Source: Sulfurospirillaceae bacterium (lineage in GTDB: Bacteria; Campylobacterota; Campylobacteria; Campylobacterales; Sulfurospirillaceae). Taken from it: 64,000 bases of DNA. A program made the translations under genes and the position numbers. This document shows positions 51,719 to 59,560 of this stretch, in pieces. The DNA is taken from positions 160,001 to 224,000 of the forward strand of contig JAWVXD010000003.1 of the NCBI GenBank assembly GCA_033723415.1, given 5' to 3'. Below the pieces are notes generated by a model, which did no database searches, was not told the origin of the DNA, and saw nothing but the letters and a program-made list of their open reading frames with translations. The stretch's first letter is position 1. Each line of letters begins with the position of its first letter.

Positions 51719-51883
51719 CTAAATACCAATTAAACGATGGATTATCCCAACTAGCAGATCTTTAAAAAGAACCATTATCGCTTCGCTTTTAAAAGCAAAT
51801 AACCACATAAAAGCAACTGCCCATAAAATTTTCTTTGATAAAAGATTTCCTAAGAGCTCACCAAAAAATATTCTCATCAACAT
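51719..51883 (-). CDS. 54-aa hydrophobic peptide
   Basis: AAGGAG RBS; MLMRIFFGELLGNLLSKKILWAVAFMWLFAFKSEAIMVLFKDLLVGIIHRLIGI. Confidence 0.55.
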   Translation of the reverse strand: MLMRIFFGELLGNLLSKKILWAVAFMWLFAFKSEAIMVLFKDLLVGIIHRLIGI

Positions 51884-51924
51884 AACTAACTCCTTTTTGG
51901 AAGATAAGAGAGAAGGCTTTAAAA

Positions 51925-52290
51925 TTAAATTGTTGTTAAATAATGTAATTTCCTCTTAACTTGTATGCCGTTTTCATCAATCATTTCTCTCATGTTTTGC
52001 TCTTCGATTTCAAGCCCTAAATTTTCCCCATGCGGACGGGCGTATCTAATCCCTTTTTTTGCTAACTCTTCGGCGAACATACTTGCAAGTTCTGTATTAA
52101 ACACATCTCTCCGATTTTCTGTTACCGCATGAAAATTAAAAAGACTATCCCCTAGTCCTATTTTTGTGTATAGACTTGTTATAGATTTAAGATTGTTCTT
52201 TTTCATAACTTTTTTTAACAACCTTTCGCTTTTTAAAACTGTATTTAAATCAAAATACTTAATATGTGTAATAATCTCTTTTGCTTTCAT
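51925..52290 (-). CDS. Hypothetical protein
   Basis: 121 aa with AAGGA RBS. Confidence 0.65.
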   Translation of the reverse strand: MKAKEIITHIKYFDLNTVLKSERLLKKVMKKNNLKSITSLYTKIGLGDSLFNFHAVTENRRDVFNTELASMFAEELAKKGIRYARPHGENLGLEIEEQNMREMIDENGIQVKRKLHYLTTI

Positions 52291-52504
52291 TTTTTATCCT
52301 TTTTAGTTTAAATTTTTGATATGTAGCTAATCTTGCTAACCATTTTTTTGCACTCTCTCTTTTTTGTTCTTTGCCTATATTTTTACTCCTTTCGTCATTC
52401 TCGATTTTTATAATATTGTCTCCTTTACCTATATTCATAAAACTATCAATCGGCCGTAGCCAACTTGATAGAACATTGCTTCTTTTCTTGTCGTATTTTG
52501 TATA

Positions 52505-52580
52505 ATTATAGCGAAATACGCTAATATTGTCAAGTGATTTTCGATATTTAATAGCGATTTCCGCTAATTTGTGATATAAT
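52505..52580. promoter_or_regulatory. Divergent promoters with two palindromic operators
   Basis: Minus TTGACA-17-TATAAT (52533-52505); plus TGATATAAT near 52572-52580; TAGCG-N5-CGCTA at 52509-52523 and 52552-52566. Confidence 0.75.
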
Positions 52581-52611
52581 ATAAAATTAATGAAGTTATT
52601 AAGGGAATAGT

Positions 52612-52812
52612 ATGTTAAATGATATGGAAATAATGAGGCTTTTTGGTATTCCAAATACTACCATGAGAGATTGGAAAAAAAAAGATAAAAGCGACTGGAG
52701 ATACAAGATTGCTATGTTTTTAAAGAGTCAAGATAAAGAGCGTGTAGAAGCATTTTTAAAGGCTTATGAGCTTGAGAAACTTTCTCCCTCAACACCCCAA
52801 AGTGCTCATTAG
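52612..52812 (+). CDS. Small HTH regulator
   Basis: EIMRLFGIPNTTMRDWKK HTH pattern. Confidence 0.75.
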   Translation: MLNDMEIMRLFGIPNTTMRDWKKKDKSDWRYKIAMFLKSQDKERVEAFLKAYELEKLSPSTPQSAH

Positions 52813-52850
52813 CTCAAAAATGCTAAAATACTTTAGTAAAGGAGTTAAAG

Positions 52851-52928
52851 ATGAATAGCTCAATATTATTAATGATCATTCTTGGTGTGGGTTCTATGGT
52901 TGCCGCTTATTTTGCATTAAAATCATGA
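52851..52928 (+). CDS. 25-aa single-TM peptide
   Basis: AAGGAG RBS, TGCTAAAAT upstream; MNSSILLMIILGVGSMVAAYFALKS. Confidence 0.5.
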   Translation: MNSSILLMIILGVGSMVAAYFALKS

Positions 52929-53125
52929 TCTACCAAATATAAATATGTGTGAATATTCTATTATTCATTAATGGTGTCAAACGAATTGCTAAAATTGGCA
53001 CTAAGGATATGAAAAAAGTCGAGTCTGTAGAGTCTGTAAAACACCTTTACTTAAAGCATATCCATATTTTGCTACATCCTCAGCCATATCAACAATATCA
53101 TATGTATTCTCACTCATAAATACTC

Positions 53126-54358
53126 CTATTGTTTAAGAGATTTCAAAATTTCCATTGTTGGCATAGTTGGACTTGAATCTTGGGCTAATAATCCAGTATC
53201 AACTCGACTAAATAATGCTTGTAATATAATACTTTGGTTTTCTTTAGCTATTTCAGCACCTTCATTCATTAATGATAAATAAACATACGTTAATTGTTCT
53301 CTCTCCTCAGCATCTCGTTTTAGATGAAAAGAGCTAAAAGCTAATTTTGCAAATGAGCGGATCATAAATATGTATATTGTTATCATTGTGCCAAAAATAA
53401 CAACACCTTCAAGATTATTTAAAGCTAATTTTAACTCCTTGGCGTATAGCCATTGCGTGAAATAATGGCCAAAAATACACATTCCTCCTAACAGTAGGAT
53501 GGTCAATATCAGAAAATGCCAGTTACCTTGAGTTTGGTAAGTTTTTGCTCTTTGATTCCAATAGTCTGCAGGTTTTTTCAATCTAAGCAACTCTTGATAA
53601 GTATTTTCTAATTCTTGTGCTCGATTTTTTTGTTTTTCAATATAATCTTCAAATTCATTTTTAGTGTTTTCCATATAAGTATTGAATTCATTGTCGCGTT
53701 TTTTTTGAGTACGTTGTAAGAGTTTTGCATTGACTCTTTTGAATTTTTTATTATAGTCTATAATTTCAACTTGTGTATTTTCCCAAGTTTTTTCATATTT
53801 GTCTGTCTTTTTAATTAGATCATTTGTTTTATCATCAAGTCTATTTATAAAATTTTCAAAAGTTTTTTCTTCCCCTAGTCGTCTTGTTACAATATCAGAT
53901 TTATTTTGCATCTGATATTCATATGCTAATATAGCTCCTTTAAGATTATCATATTGGTTGATATCTAGGAGCCTTTTTTGCAATATTGCCATTAAAAATG
54001 CTAAACCCGTGTTTGGTGATAATTTACAATTCTCGATAAAATTAATAACATATGGATGTCCACTCCAAAGCCATTGCCTATCCAAATTGTTCATTTCATT
54101 TTGTATAACTTGCAATAAATTGATATATTGTACAGACTCTAGCGTATCTATTTTTGCTTCAAAATCATTAACTTTTTGAAGTATCATGGGTAAAGATTTT
54201 TTAGCATTAATAAATGGAGGAGGAAGCGTACCACCAGGAGCATTTTCTTCCAAAAAATCAATTTCATTTTGTAGAAAATCTTTAATTTCTGATACTGACT
54301 TATACTCAAAACCTTTCCCAGAATAATCTCGGAACGAAACTTGAAAACTATTTGCCAC
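53126..54358 (-). CDS. Coiled-coil plus 2-TM protein (DUF6161-like)
   Basis: PADYW, two TM segments, HLKRDAEERE...YLSL C-terminus. Confidence 0.65.
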   Translation of the reverse strand: MANSFQVSFRDYSGKGFEYKSVSEIKDFLQNEIDFLEENAPGGTLPPPFINAKKSLPMILQKVNDFEAKIDTLESVQYINLLQVIQNEMNNLDRQWLWSGHPYVINFIENCKLSPNTGLAFLMAILQKRLLDINQYDNLKGAILAYEYQMQNKSDIVTRRLGEEKTFENFINRLDDKTNDLIKKTDKYEKTWENTQVEIIDYNKKFKRVNAKLLQRTQKKRDNEFNTYMENTKNEFEDYIEKQKNRAQELENTYQELLRLKKPADYWNQRAKTYQTQGNWHFLILTILLLGGMCIFGHYFTQWLYAKELKLALNNLEGVVIFGTMITIYIFMIRSFAKLAFSSFHLKRDAEEREQLTYVYLSLMNEGAEIAKENQSIILQALFSRVDTGLLAQDSSPTMPTMEILKSLKQ

Positions 54359-54411
54359 GAATATTCCTTATTATTTTAAATATATTATATACCACCTGAA
54401 TCAAATTTTAA

Positions 54412-55086
54412 TTATTTATCAAATGCTATTTCTTTAATTCTATAACAATCCACCACATGATCTTTCAATTTATCATGTCTGTAATCAACATTGAGTACGT
54501 TGTCATATTTAAAACACTTCTCAAAATGTGCTTTGTTGTTATAATATATTCGATAGAGTGTTGATGGTATAACAACATGGTTTCTTATTGTATGATTTGG
54601 ATTATCATACTTTGCTATTGAGATGGAATTAATATAGCCTAGCTTTTGAGCAAGAGCTCTTCCATACCTTTCTACTTTGATCCAAGTCTTTTGATTCACC
54701 ATTGCGCTTTGAGGAACAATATTAGCCATAGTATAAGCTTTTCTCAGTGCTTTATGATCATAATCAAAATCTGCATCTGATACAATAAAGTGACCTCGGT
54801 TCCAATCTTTTCCATACCCTCTATAATCTTTGGATTTTGATCTATATTGTACCGGTATTGTCTTTTCACTATAAAACTTCATTCTTCTTTTGATATTGTT
54901 CTTATTGACTAAAGATCCATCTAATCTGACCCAACCAGACAAAGCTCCTTTATATTTATAGGAGTAACAGATATGATAGAGTTGTTTATCTATGATTTGA
55001 TCACACTTGGAGGTATTTACAAAATCGGATAGATTGGTTGCGTAGAGGGATAAAGTTAGTATTGATAGAAGAAGGAGTTTTTTCAT
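54412..55086 (-). CDS. Secreted DNA/RNA non-specific endonuclease
   Basis: Signal peptide; NRGH (DRGH-type), ANIVPQ...NQKTW...E motifs. Confidence 0.88.
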   Translation of the reverse strand: MKKLLLLSILTLSLYATNLSDFVNTSKCDQIIDKQLYHICYSYKYKGALSGWVRLDGSLVNKNNIKRRMKFYSEKTIPVQYRSKSKDYRGYGKDWNRGHFIVSDADFDYDHKALRKAYTMANIVPQSAMVNQKTWIKVERYGRALAQKLGYINSISIAKYDNPNHTIRNHVVIPSTLYRIYYNNKAHFEKCFKYDNVLNVDYRHDKLKDHVVDCYRIKEIAFDK

Positions 55087-55161
55087 AGATATCCTATGTA
55101 CTTCGTTTTTTATAATTTTACAATAATTTTTTACTATAAAATAGAAAATGTCAAAATTGAA

Positions 55162-56421
55162 TTACTTATTTGTTATTTCTATTGTATTTAAAAGTCTAAC
55201 TAGACTTCTTGCAACAGCATATGACAAATTGACTGGTACTGCATTTCCAATTTGCTTATATTGATTTGTTGTTGAACCTGCAAACTCCCAATCATCAGGG
55301 AAAGTTTGTATCCTTGCATATTCTCTAACTGTTAATGGTCTTGTCTCCTCAGGATGACATCTTTCTGTCTGTTTTTGTGCGGGAGCACAAGTTAATGTCA
55401 AGCTTGGCTCATCATATGACAATCTTCTGGCCATACCAGTTTTTCCGCCACCAAGAAAGTAACTTTTTTGCATATATTCTCTTTGCAAATCATCTGGAAG
55501 ATCTTTCCAATATCCACCTGCTGGAACTAAATCTAAGATCTCTTTTTTTCTTTTAGGATATTGTTGCCCCGCTGAATCTGGAACATCACTATTGTATAAA
55601 TCCCCTTTTTTGAGAGCATCTTTCATAGTCATTATTCTTTTATATGGAGATGGCCACCTAAAATCATTTGATGATATTTTTTCCATTATATCTTTTCTTA
55701 CTCCTACAAAAAATAATCTTTCTCTTTTTTGTGGAACTTGATAAAATATTGCTTTTAAAACATTAGGTTCAGTGATTAATTCATAGCCTATATCTTCAAT
55801 AACAGATTTTATTGATGCTAAAGTTCTTCCCTCATCATGTTTTAGTAATCCTCTTACATTTTCTGCCAAAAATATTGTAGGTTCACATTCTTTTACAGCT
55901 CTAGCAAATTCAAAAAACAGTGTACCTCTAGCATCTTCAAAACCTAGTTTTTTCCCTGCATAAGAAAAAGCCTGACAAGGAAAACCTCCAGATAAAATAT
56001 CTATTTTACCTTTGTATTTTGTAAAATCTAATTTTGAGACATCTCCCTCTACAACATTCCAAGACGGTCTATTCTGTCTTAATGTTTGACAAGCAAATTT
56101 GTCTATCTCATTTAACAAAATAGCATCTAAACCTGCTTTTTCAAAACCTAATGCCAAACCTCCAGCTCCTGCAAATAATTCTATTGATTTATATTTTCTC
56201 AATGGCTTAGTTGTGAGCTCTTCATCCCATAATGTATTAAACATCAGCTGTGCTTCTTCAAAATCACTTAATTGAGTTCTATGATATACTCTATAATTAT
56301 TTATAGGATGTCTAATGGGTTCTAATTTACCATTTTTATCCCATCTTCTTAAAGTTTCTTTCGAGACTGATAATATATCAGCTACTTCTGAAATATTGTA
56401 ATATTCTTTTTCCATTGTCAT
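55162..56421 (-). CDS. C5-cytosine DNA methyltransferase with N-terminal MerR-like HTH
   Basis: FAGAGG, GFPCQ, ENV, QKRER, QIGNAV; N-terminal ISEVADILSVSKETLRRWD. Confidence 0.93.
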   Translation of the reverse strand: MTMEKEYYNISEVADILSVSKETLRRWDKNGKLEPIRHPINNYRVYHRTQLSDFEEAQLMFNTLWDEELTTKPLRKYKSIELFAGAGGLALGFEKAGLDAILLNEIDKFACQTLRQNRPSWNVVEGDVSKLDFTKYKGKIDILSGGFPCQAFSYAGKKLGFEDARGTLFFEFARAVKECEPTIFLAENVRGLLKHDEGRTLASIKSVIEDIGYELITEPNVLKAIFYQVPQKRERLFFVGVRKDIMEKISSNDFRWPSPYKRIMTMKDALKKGDLYNSDVPDSAGQQYPKRKKEILDLVPAGGYWKDLPDDLQREYMQKSYFLGGGKTGMARRLSYDEPSLTLTCAPAQKQTERCHPEETRPLTVREYARIQTFPDDWEFAGSTTNQYKQIGNAVPVNLSYAVARSLVRLLNTIEITNK

Positions 56422-56534
56422 AATTAAACCTTATTCAACCTTATTTATGGTTATTATATCTAAAATATTATTAAACTTACCCTATATTTAAACTTGCTAT
56501 GATTACAAATCAATCAAATTTTAGGTAGGTTAAT

Positions 56535-57224
56535 ATGTCGTATTTTAAAAATGATGATGCACTTTCAAAAATAATAAAAAAGATTTATGATGCTTATGTA
56601 GCTGCTAAATCTTCTAATGATATTCATAGTAATGTCATTGATCCATTTTCAGCTTTATTGGAAGCAAGTTTTAATGAAATGACTTATGATGAGTGGATTG
56701 TAGCAGAAGAGTCTAGGCAAGTACAAAAAACATTGCAAAATGCAATAGGAAGTTTTCACGAAGAGATAATTGGTGAAATTAAGGGTTTTGAGAATTTAAA
56801 AGTTGGTGAGATTATAGATATTGTTTCTAAAGATAAAAAAATCATTGCAGAGATTAAAAATAAATGGAATACTACAAAGGGAAATCATAAAGTAGCAATA
56901 TATGATGATATAGCATCAGTATTAACTACTATTGGAGATGGATTTACTGGATACTATGTAGAAATAGTTCCTAAAAAATCAACTCAATATAATAAAGAAT
57001 TTACTCCTTCTGACAATAAAACTCACTCACAAAGAACAGCAAACTCTAAAATTAGAGTAATTGATGGCAAAAGCTTTTACGCAATGATAACTGGTGATGA
57101 AAATGCCGTATTTAAAATTTATAATGAAATAGTAGCAGAACTTGAAAAGCTTGGTTTAAATACAGAGGATGACTTTAAAAAACTTTTAACAAAAGCTTAT
57201 GGAGAACCAACTCAACAATCTTAA
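56535..57224 (+). CDS. Type II restriction endonuclease (Eco47II-like)
   Basis: IDPF, RQVQKTLQNAIG, D...AEIKNKWNT PD-(D/E)xK pattern; divergent from the MTase. Confidence 0.75.
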   Translation: MSYFKNDDALSKIIKKIYDAYVAAKSSNDIHSNVIDPFSALLEASFNEMTYDEWIVAEESRQVQKTLQNAIGSFHEEIIGEIKGFENLKVGEIIDIVSKDKKIIAEIKNKWNTTKGNHKVAIYDDIASVLTTIGDGFTGYYVEIVPKKSTQYNKEFTPSDNKTHSQRTANSKIRVIDGKSFYAMITGDENAVFKIYNEIVAELEKLGLNTEDDFKKLLTKAYGEPTQQS

Positions 57225-57237
57225 TCATCTTCCGTTA

Positions 57238-57351
57238 AAAAATAACCCTCGGATAAGTCAGATAAGTCCTTTTTCTTCGGATAAGTCCAATTTTAGGGGT
57301 ATTGAGGAAAGAGAATACTTGTCGGATAGTCGATCTAGTTTTCGGATAAGT
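57238..57351 (+). repeat. ~114-bp iteron-containing segment, copy 2 (non-coding, inverted)
   Basis: Matches the reverse complement of 33618-33732. Confidence 0.85.
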
Positions 57352-57411
57352 TGCCAAAGTTCAAAACTTGCCAAATTGACTATATATCTAAAAAACGGAT
57401 ATCTGACACAA

Positions 57412-57434
57412 AAAAGTGTCACCTAAAGTGTCAC
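57412..57434 (+). repeat. Tandem AAAGTGTCAC, candidate integrase arm site (right)
   Basis: Identical to 32087-32109. Confidence 0.75.
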
Positions 57435-57519
57435 TAAAATCATCAAAATAAGCATAAAATAGCGTTAATTGTATATGGCTAAATCCCCATAATTAAGTAT
57501 TTAAGGGTTTTTGGACTTC

Positions 57520-57567
57520 TCTCATAAGCCGGAGGTCGGGAGTTCAAGTCTCCCTCTTGACACCACT
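57520..57567 (+). repeat. attR core (duplicated tRNA 3' half)
   Basis: Identical to 31990-32037; no tRNA 5' half upstream. Confidence 0.95.
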
Positions 57568-57695
57568 ACTTATTTATTCCCTAAAATACGAGATTTCAGA
57601 GAAAGATTTTTTAAATTGTGCCCAAATTGTGGGGGTGTAATTCCGGAGACAGGATACCTAATTATTGATTCAAAATAATATTGCTATCATGCACT

Positions 57696-57755
57696 ATGGC
57701 AAGGATCAAAAGAATAGTATTGCCTGATATACCACACCATATAACACCAAGAGGT
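57696..57755 (+). pseudogene. N-terminal fragment of a Y1/REP-associated tyrosine transposase
   Basis: MARIKRIVLPDIPHHITPRG, after which similarity is lost and the frame stops at 38 codons. Confidence 0.55.
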
Positions 57756-57783
57756 GTTTACCAGAATTCTCTTTCGCTATGCA

Positions 57784-57867
57784 TCATTTTACAACTCACA
57801 AAGATGGTATAGATATCTTGATTTTTTATCTCCTAGCGAGTTTGAAAAAGATATAATTAATAATTAG
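57784..57867 (+). pseudogene. C-terminal fragment of an IS3-family transposase
   Basis: FYNSQRWYRYLDFLSPSEFEK resembles the IS3 FYNxxRxHSxLGYxSPxEFE end. Confidence 0.55.
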
Positions 57868-57920
57868 GATTTTACCTGGTATGTTGCACTGTCATGATTT
57901 AGGATAAAGGATTTAAAATT

Positions 57921-59528
57921 ATGGAATTTGATAACACAGCTTACAATTATGCATCTAGAAGAACCGTGGTTCAAGGGAAAAAGGGCATGGTAGCCACTTC
58001 TCAACCTTTAGCAGCACAAGCAGGGTTGGATATGTTAAAAAAAGGAGGCAATGCTGTAGATGCCGCAGTTGCTACGGCAGCTTGTCTCACGGTAGTCGAA
58101 CCAACATCAAATGGCATAGGAGGAGATGCATTTGCCATCATATCTTTTGAAGGAAAACTACTTGGACTAAACGCAAGCGGAGCTTCACCTGAACTTTTGT
58201 CCTATGATGAGCTTAAAAAAAGAGGCTTAAAAGAAATACCGAAATTTGGATTAACACCGGTAACAGTTCCGGGAGTACCTAAAGCTTGGGCCGAGCTCAT
58301 TGAAAAATACGGAAAACTATCGTTAATGGAAGTTTTAGAACCTGCCATAAGATATGCTGAGGAAGGACATCCGATTTCTGCTACAGTTTCTCAGTTATGG
58401 AACCAAGGATATGAAAGATTTAAAAAAGAGACTGAAGGTAAGGTATTTGAAAACTGGTACAAGGTATTTATGCCTGATGGATATCCGGTTGTGCCTGGTC
58501 AAATATGGAAATCAAAATACCATGCACAGACTCTAAGAGAAATCGCTCAGACGATGTCTGATTCTTTCTATAAAGGGGAATTAGCCGATAAGATCCATAA
58601 ATTTTCAGTAGAAAATGATGGTTTTATTAGAAAAAGCGACTTAGAAAAATTTGAAGTAGAGTGGGTTAAACCTATCAGTGTAAATTATAGAGGATACGAC
58701 GTTTGGGAAATACCTCCCAACGGTAGTGGGATAGTAGCTCTTATCGCACTTAATATACTGAAAAACTTTAAATTTACAGAAAGAGAAACCTTTGAGACGT
58801 ATCATAAACAGATTGAAGCTTTAAAACTGGCATTTGCAGATGGAGAAAAATACATCAGTGATCCTAGATTTATGGATATAAGTATTGAAAGTCTTCTCTC
58901 ACAAGAGTACGGAAAAGAAAGAGCTAAACTCATAGGTGAAAAATCTATGCTACCTGAGCCGGGAGAACCTGATAAAGGAGGAACGGTATACCTCGCAACA
59001 GCCGATGAAGAAGGTAATATGGTTTCTTATATACAAAGCAATTATATGGGATTTGGTTCTGGGGTGGTAGTTCCCCAAACCGGTATTTCACTACAGAACA
59101 GAGGAAAGAATTTCAATATGATCGAAGATCATGTCAATTGCGTAGCACCGAACAAGAAACCTTACCATACCATCATCCCTGGATTTATAACAAAAGACGG
59201 CAAGCCTATAGGACCTTTTGGCGTCATGGGAGGATTTATGCAGCCTCAGGGACATGTCCAAGTAGTGTCTAGCATGATAGATTTTCATCTAAACCCACAA
59301 GATGCATTAAATGCTCCAAGATGGCAGTGGATCGAGGGGAAAAAAGTAGAAATTGAAACAGCTGTAAACAAAACATTAGCTGAAAAATTAGCAAATGCAG
59401 GTCATGACATAGACATAAAAATAAGCGATACAACCTTTGGAAGAGGACAAATTATATTAAGAGATGACCAAGGTGTTTATACAGGAGCTACAGAGCCAAG
59501 AACAGATGGCTGTGTAGCCGTATGGTAA
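57921..59528 (+). CDS. ggt: Gamma-glutamyltransferase family protein (YwrD-like, no signal peptide)
   Basis: GGNAVDAA, EPTSNGIGGD, GTVY catalytic Thr, PYHTIIPG, GVMGG. Confidence 0.9.
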   Translation: MEFDNTAYNYASRRTVVQGKKGMVATSQPLAAQAGLDMLKKGGNAVDAAVATAACLTVVEPTSNGIGGDAFAIISFEGKLLGLNASGASPELLSYDELKKRGLKEIPKFGLTPVTVPGVPKAWAELIEKYGKLSLMEVLEPAIRYAEEGHPISATVSQLWNQGYERFKKETEGKVFENWYKVFMPDGYPVVPGQIWKSKYHAQTLREIAQTMSDSFYKGELADKIHKFSVENDGFIRKSDLEKFEVEWVKPISVNYRGYDVWEIPPNGSGIVALIALNILKNFKFTERETFETYHKQIEALKLAFADGEKYISDPRFMDISIESLLSQEYGKERAKLIGEKSMLPEPGEPDKGGTVYLATADEEGNMVSYIQSNYMGFGSGVVVPQTGISLQNRGKNFNMIEDHVNCVAPNKKPYHTIIPGFITKDGKPIGPFGVMGGFMQPQGHVQVVSSMIDFHLNPQDALNAPRWQWIEGKKVEIETAVNKTLAEKLANAGHDIDIKISDTTFGRGQIILRDDQGVYTGATEPRTDGCVAVW

Positions 59529-59560
59529 TAACAGCTAGATTTAAATAAGCAGGAAGATAC

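Larger units (their letters stand above)
31990..57567. mobile_element. tRNA-integrated element (IME/ICE-like), about 25.5 kb
   Basis: 48-bp exact direct repeat of the tRNA 3' half at both ends; integrase next to the tRNA; relaxase, coupling protein, helicase and repressor inside. Confidence 0.95.

Noticed and set aside
52259..52654. Full-length 131-aa ORF
   Set aside because: Its 5' half crosses the divergent promoters and overlaps the HTH gene; only the part after AAAGGAG near 52420 might be coding, with no clear start
57199..57426. 75-aa ORF sharing ISPFSSDKS.FRGIEEREYLSD with the helicase
   Set aside because: By-product of the duplicated 114-bp DNA segment; overlaps the REase stop and has no clear RBS
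57520..57565. Second tRNA gene
   Set aside because: Only the 3' half is present; this is attR
31990..57567. Element as a prophage
   Set aside because: Has int, xis, repressor and helicase but no recognisable terminase, portal, capsid, tail or lysis genes; relaxase and coupling protein point to conjugative mobilisation
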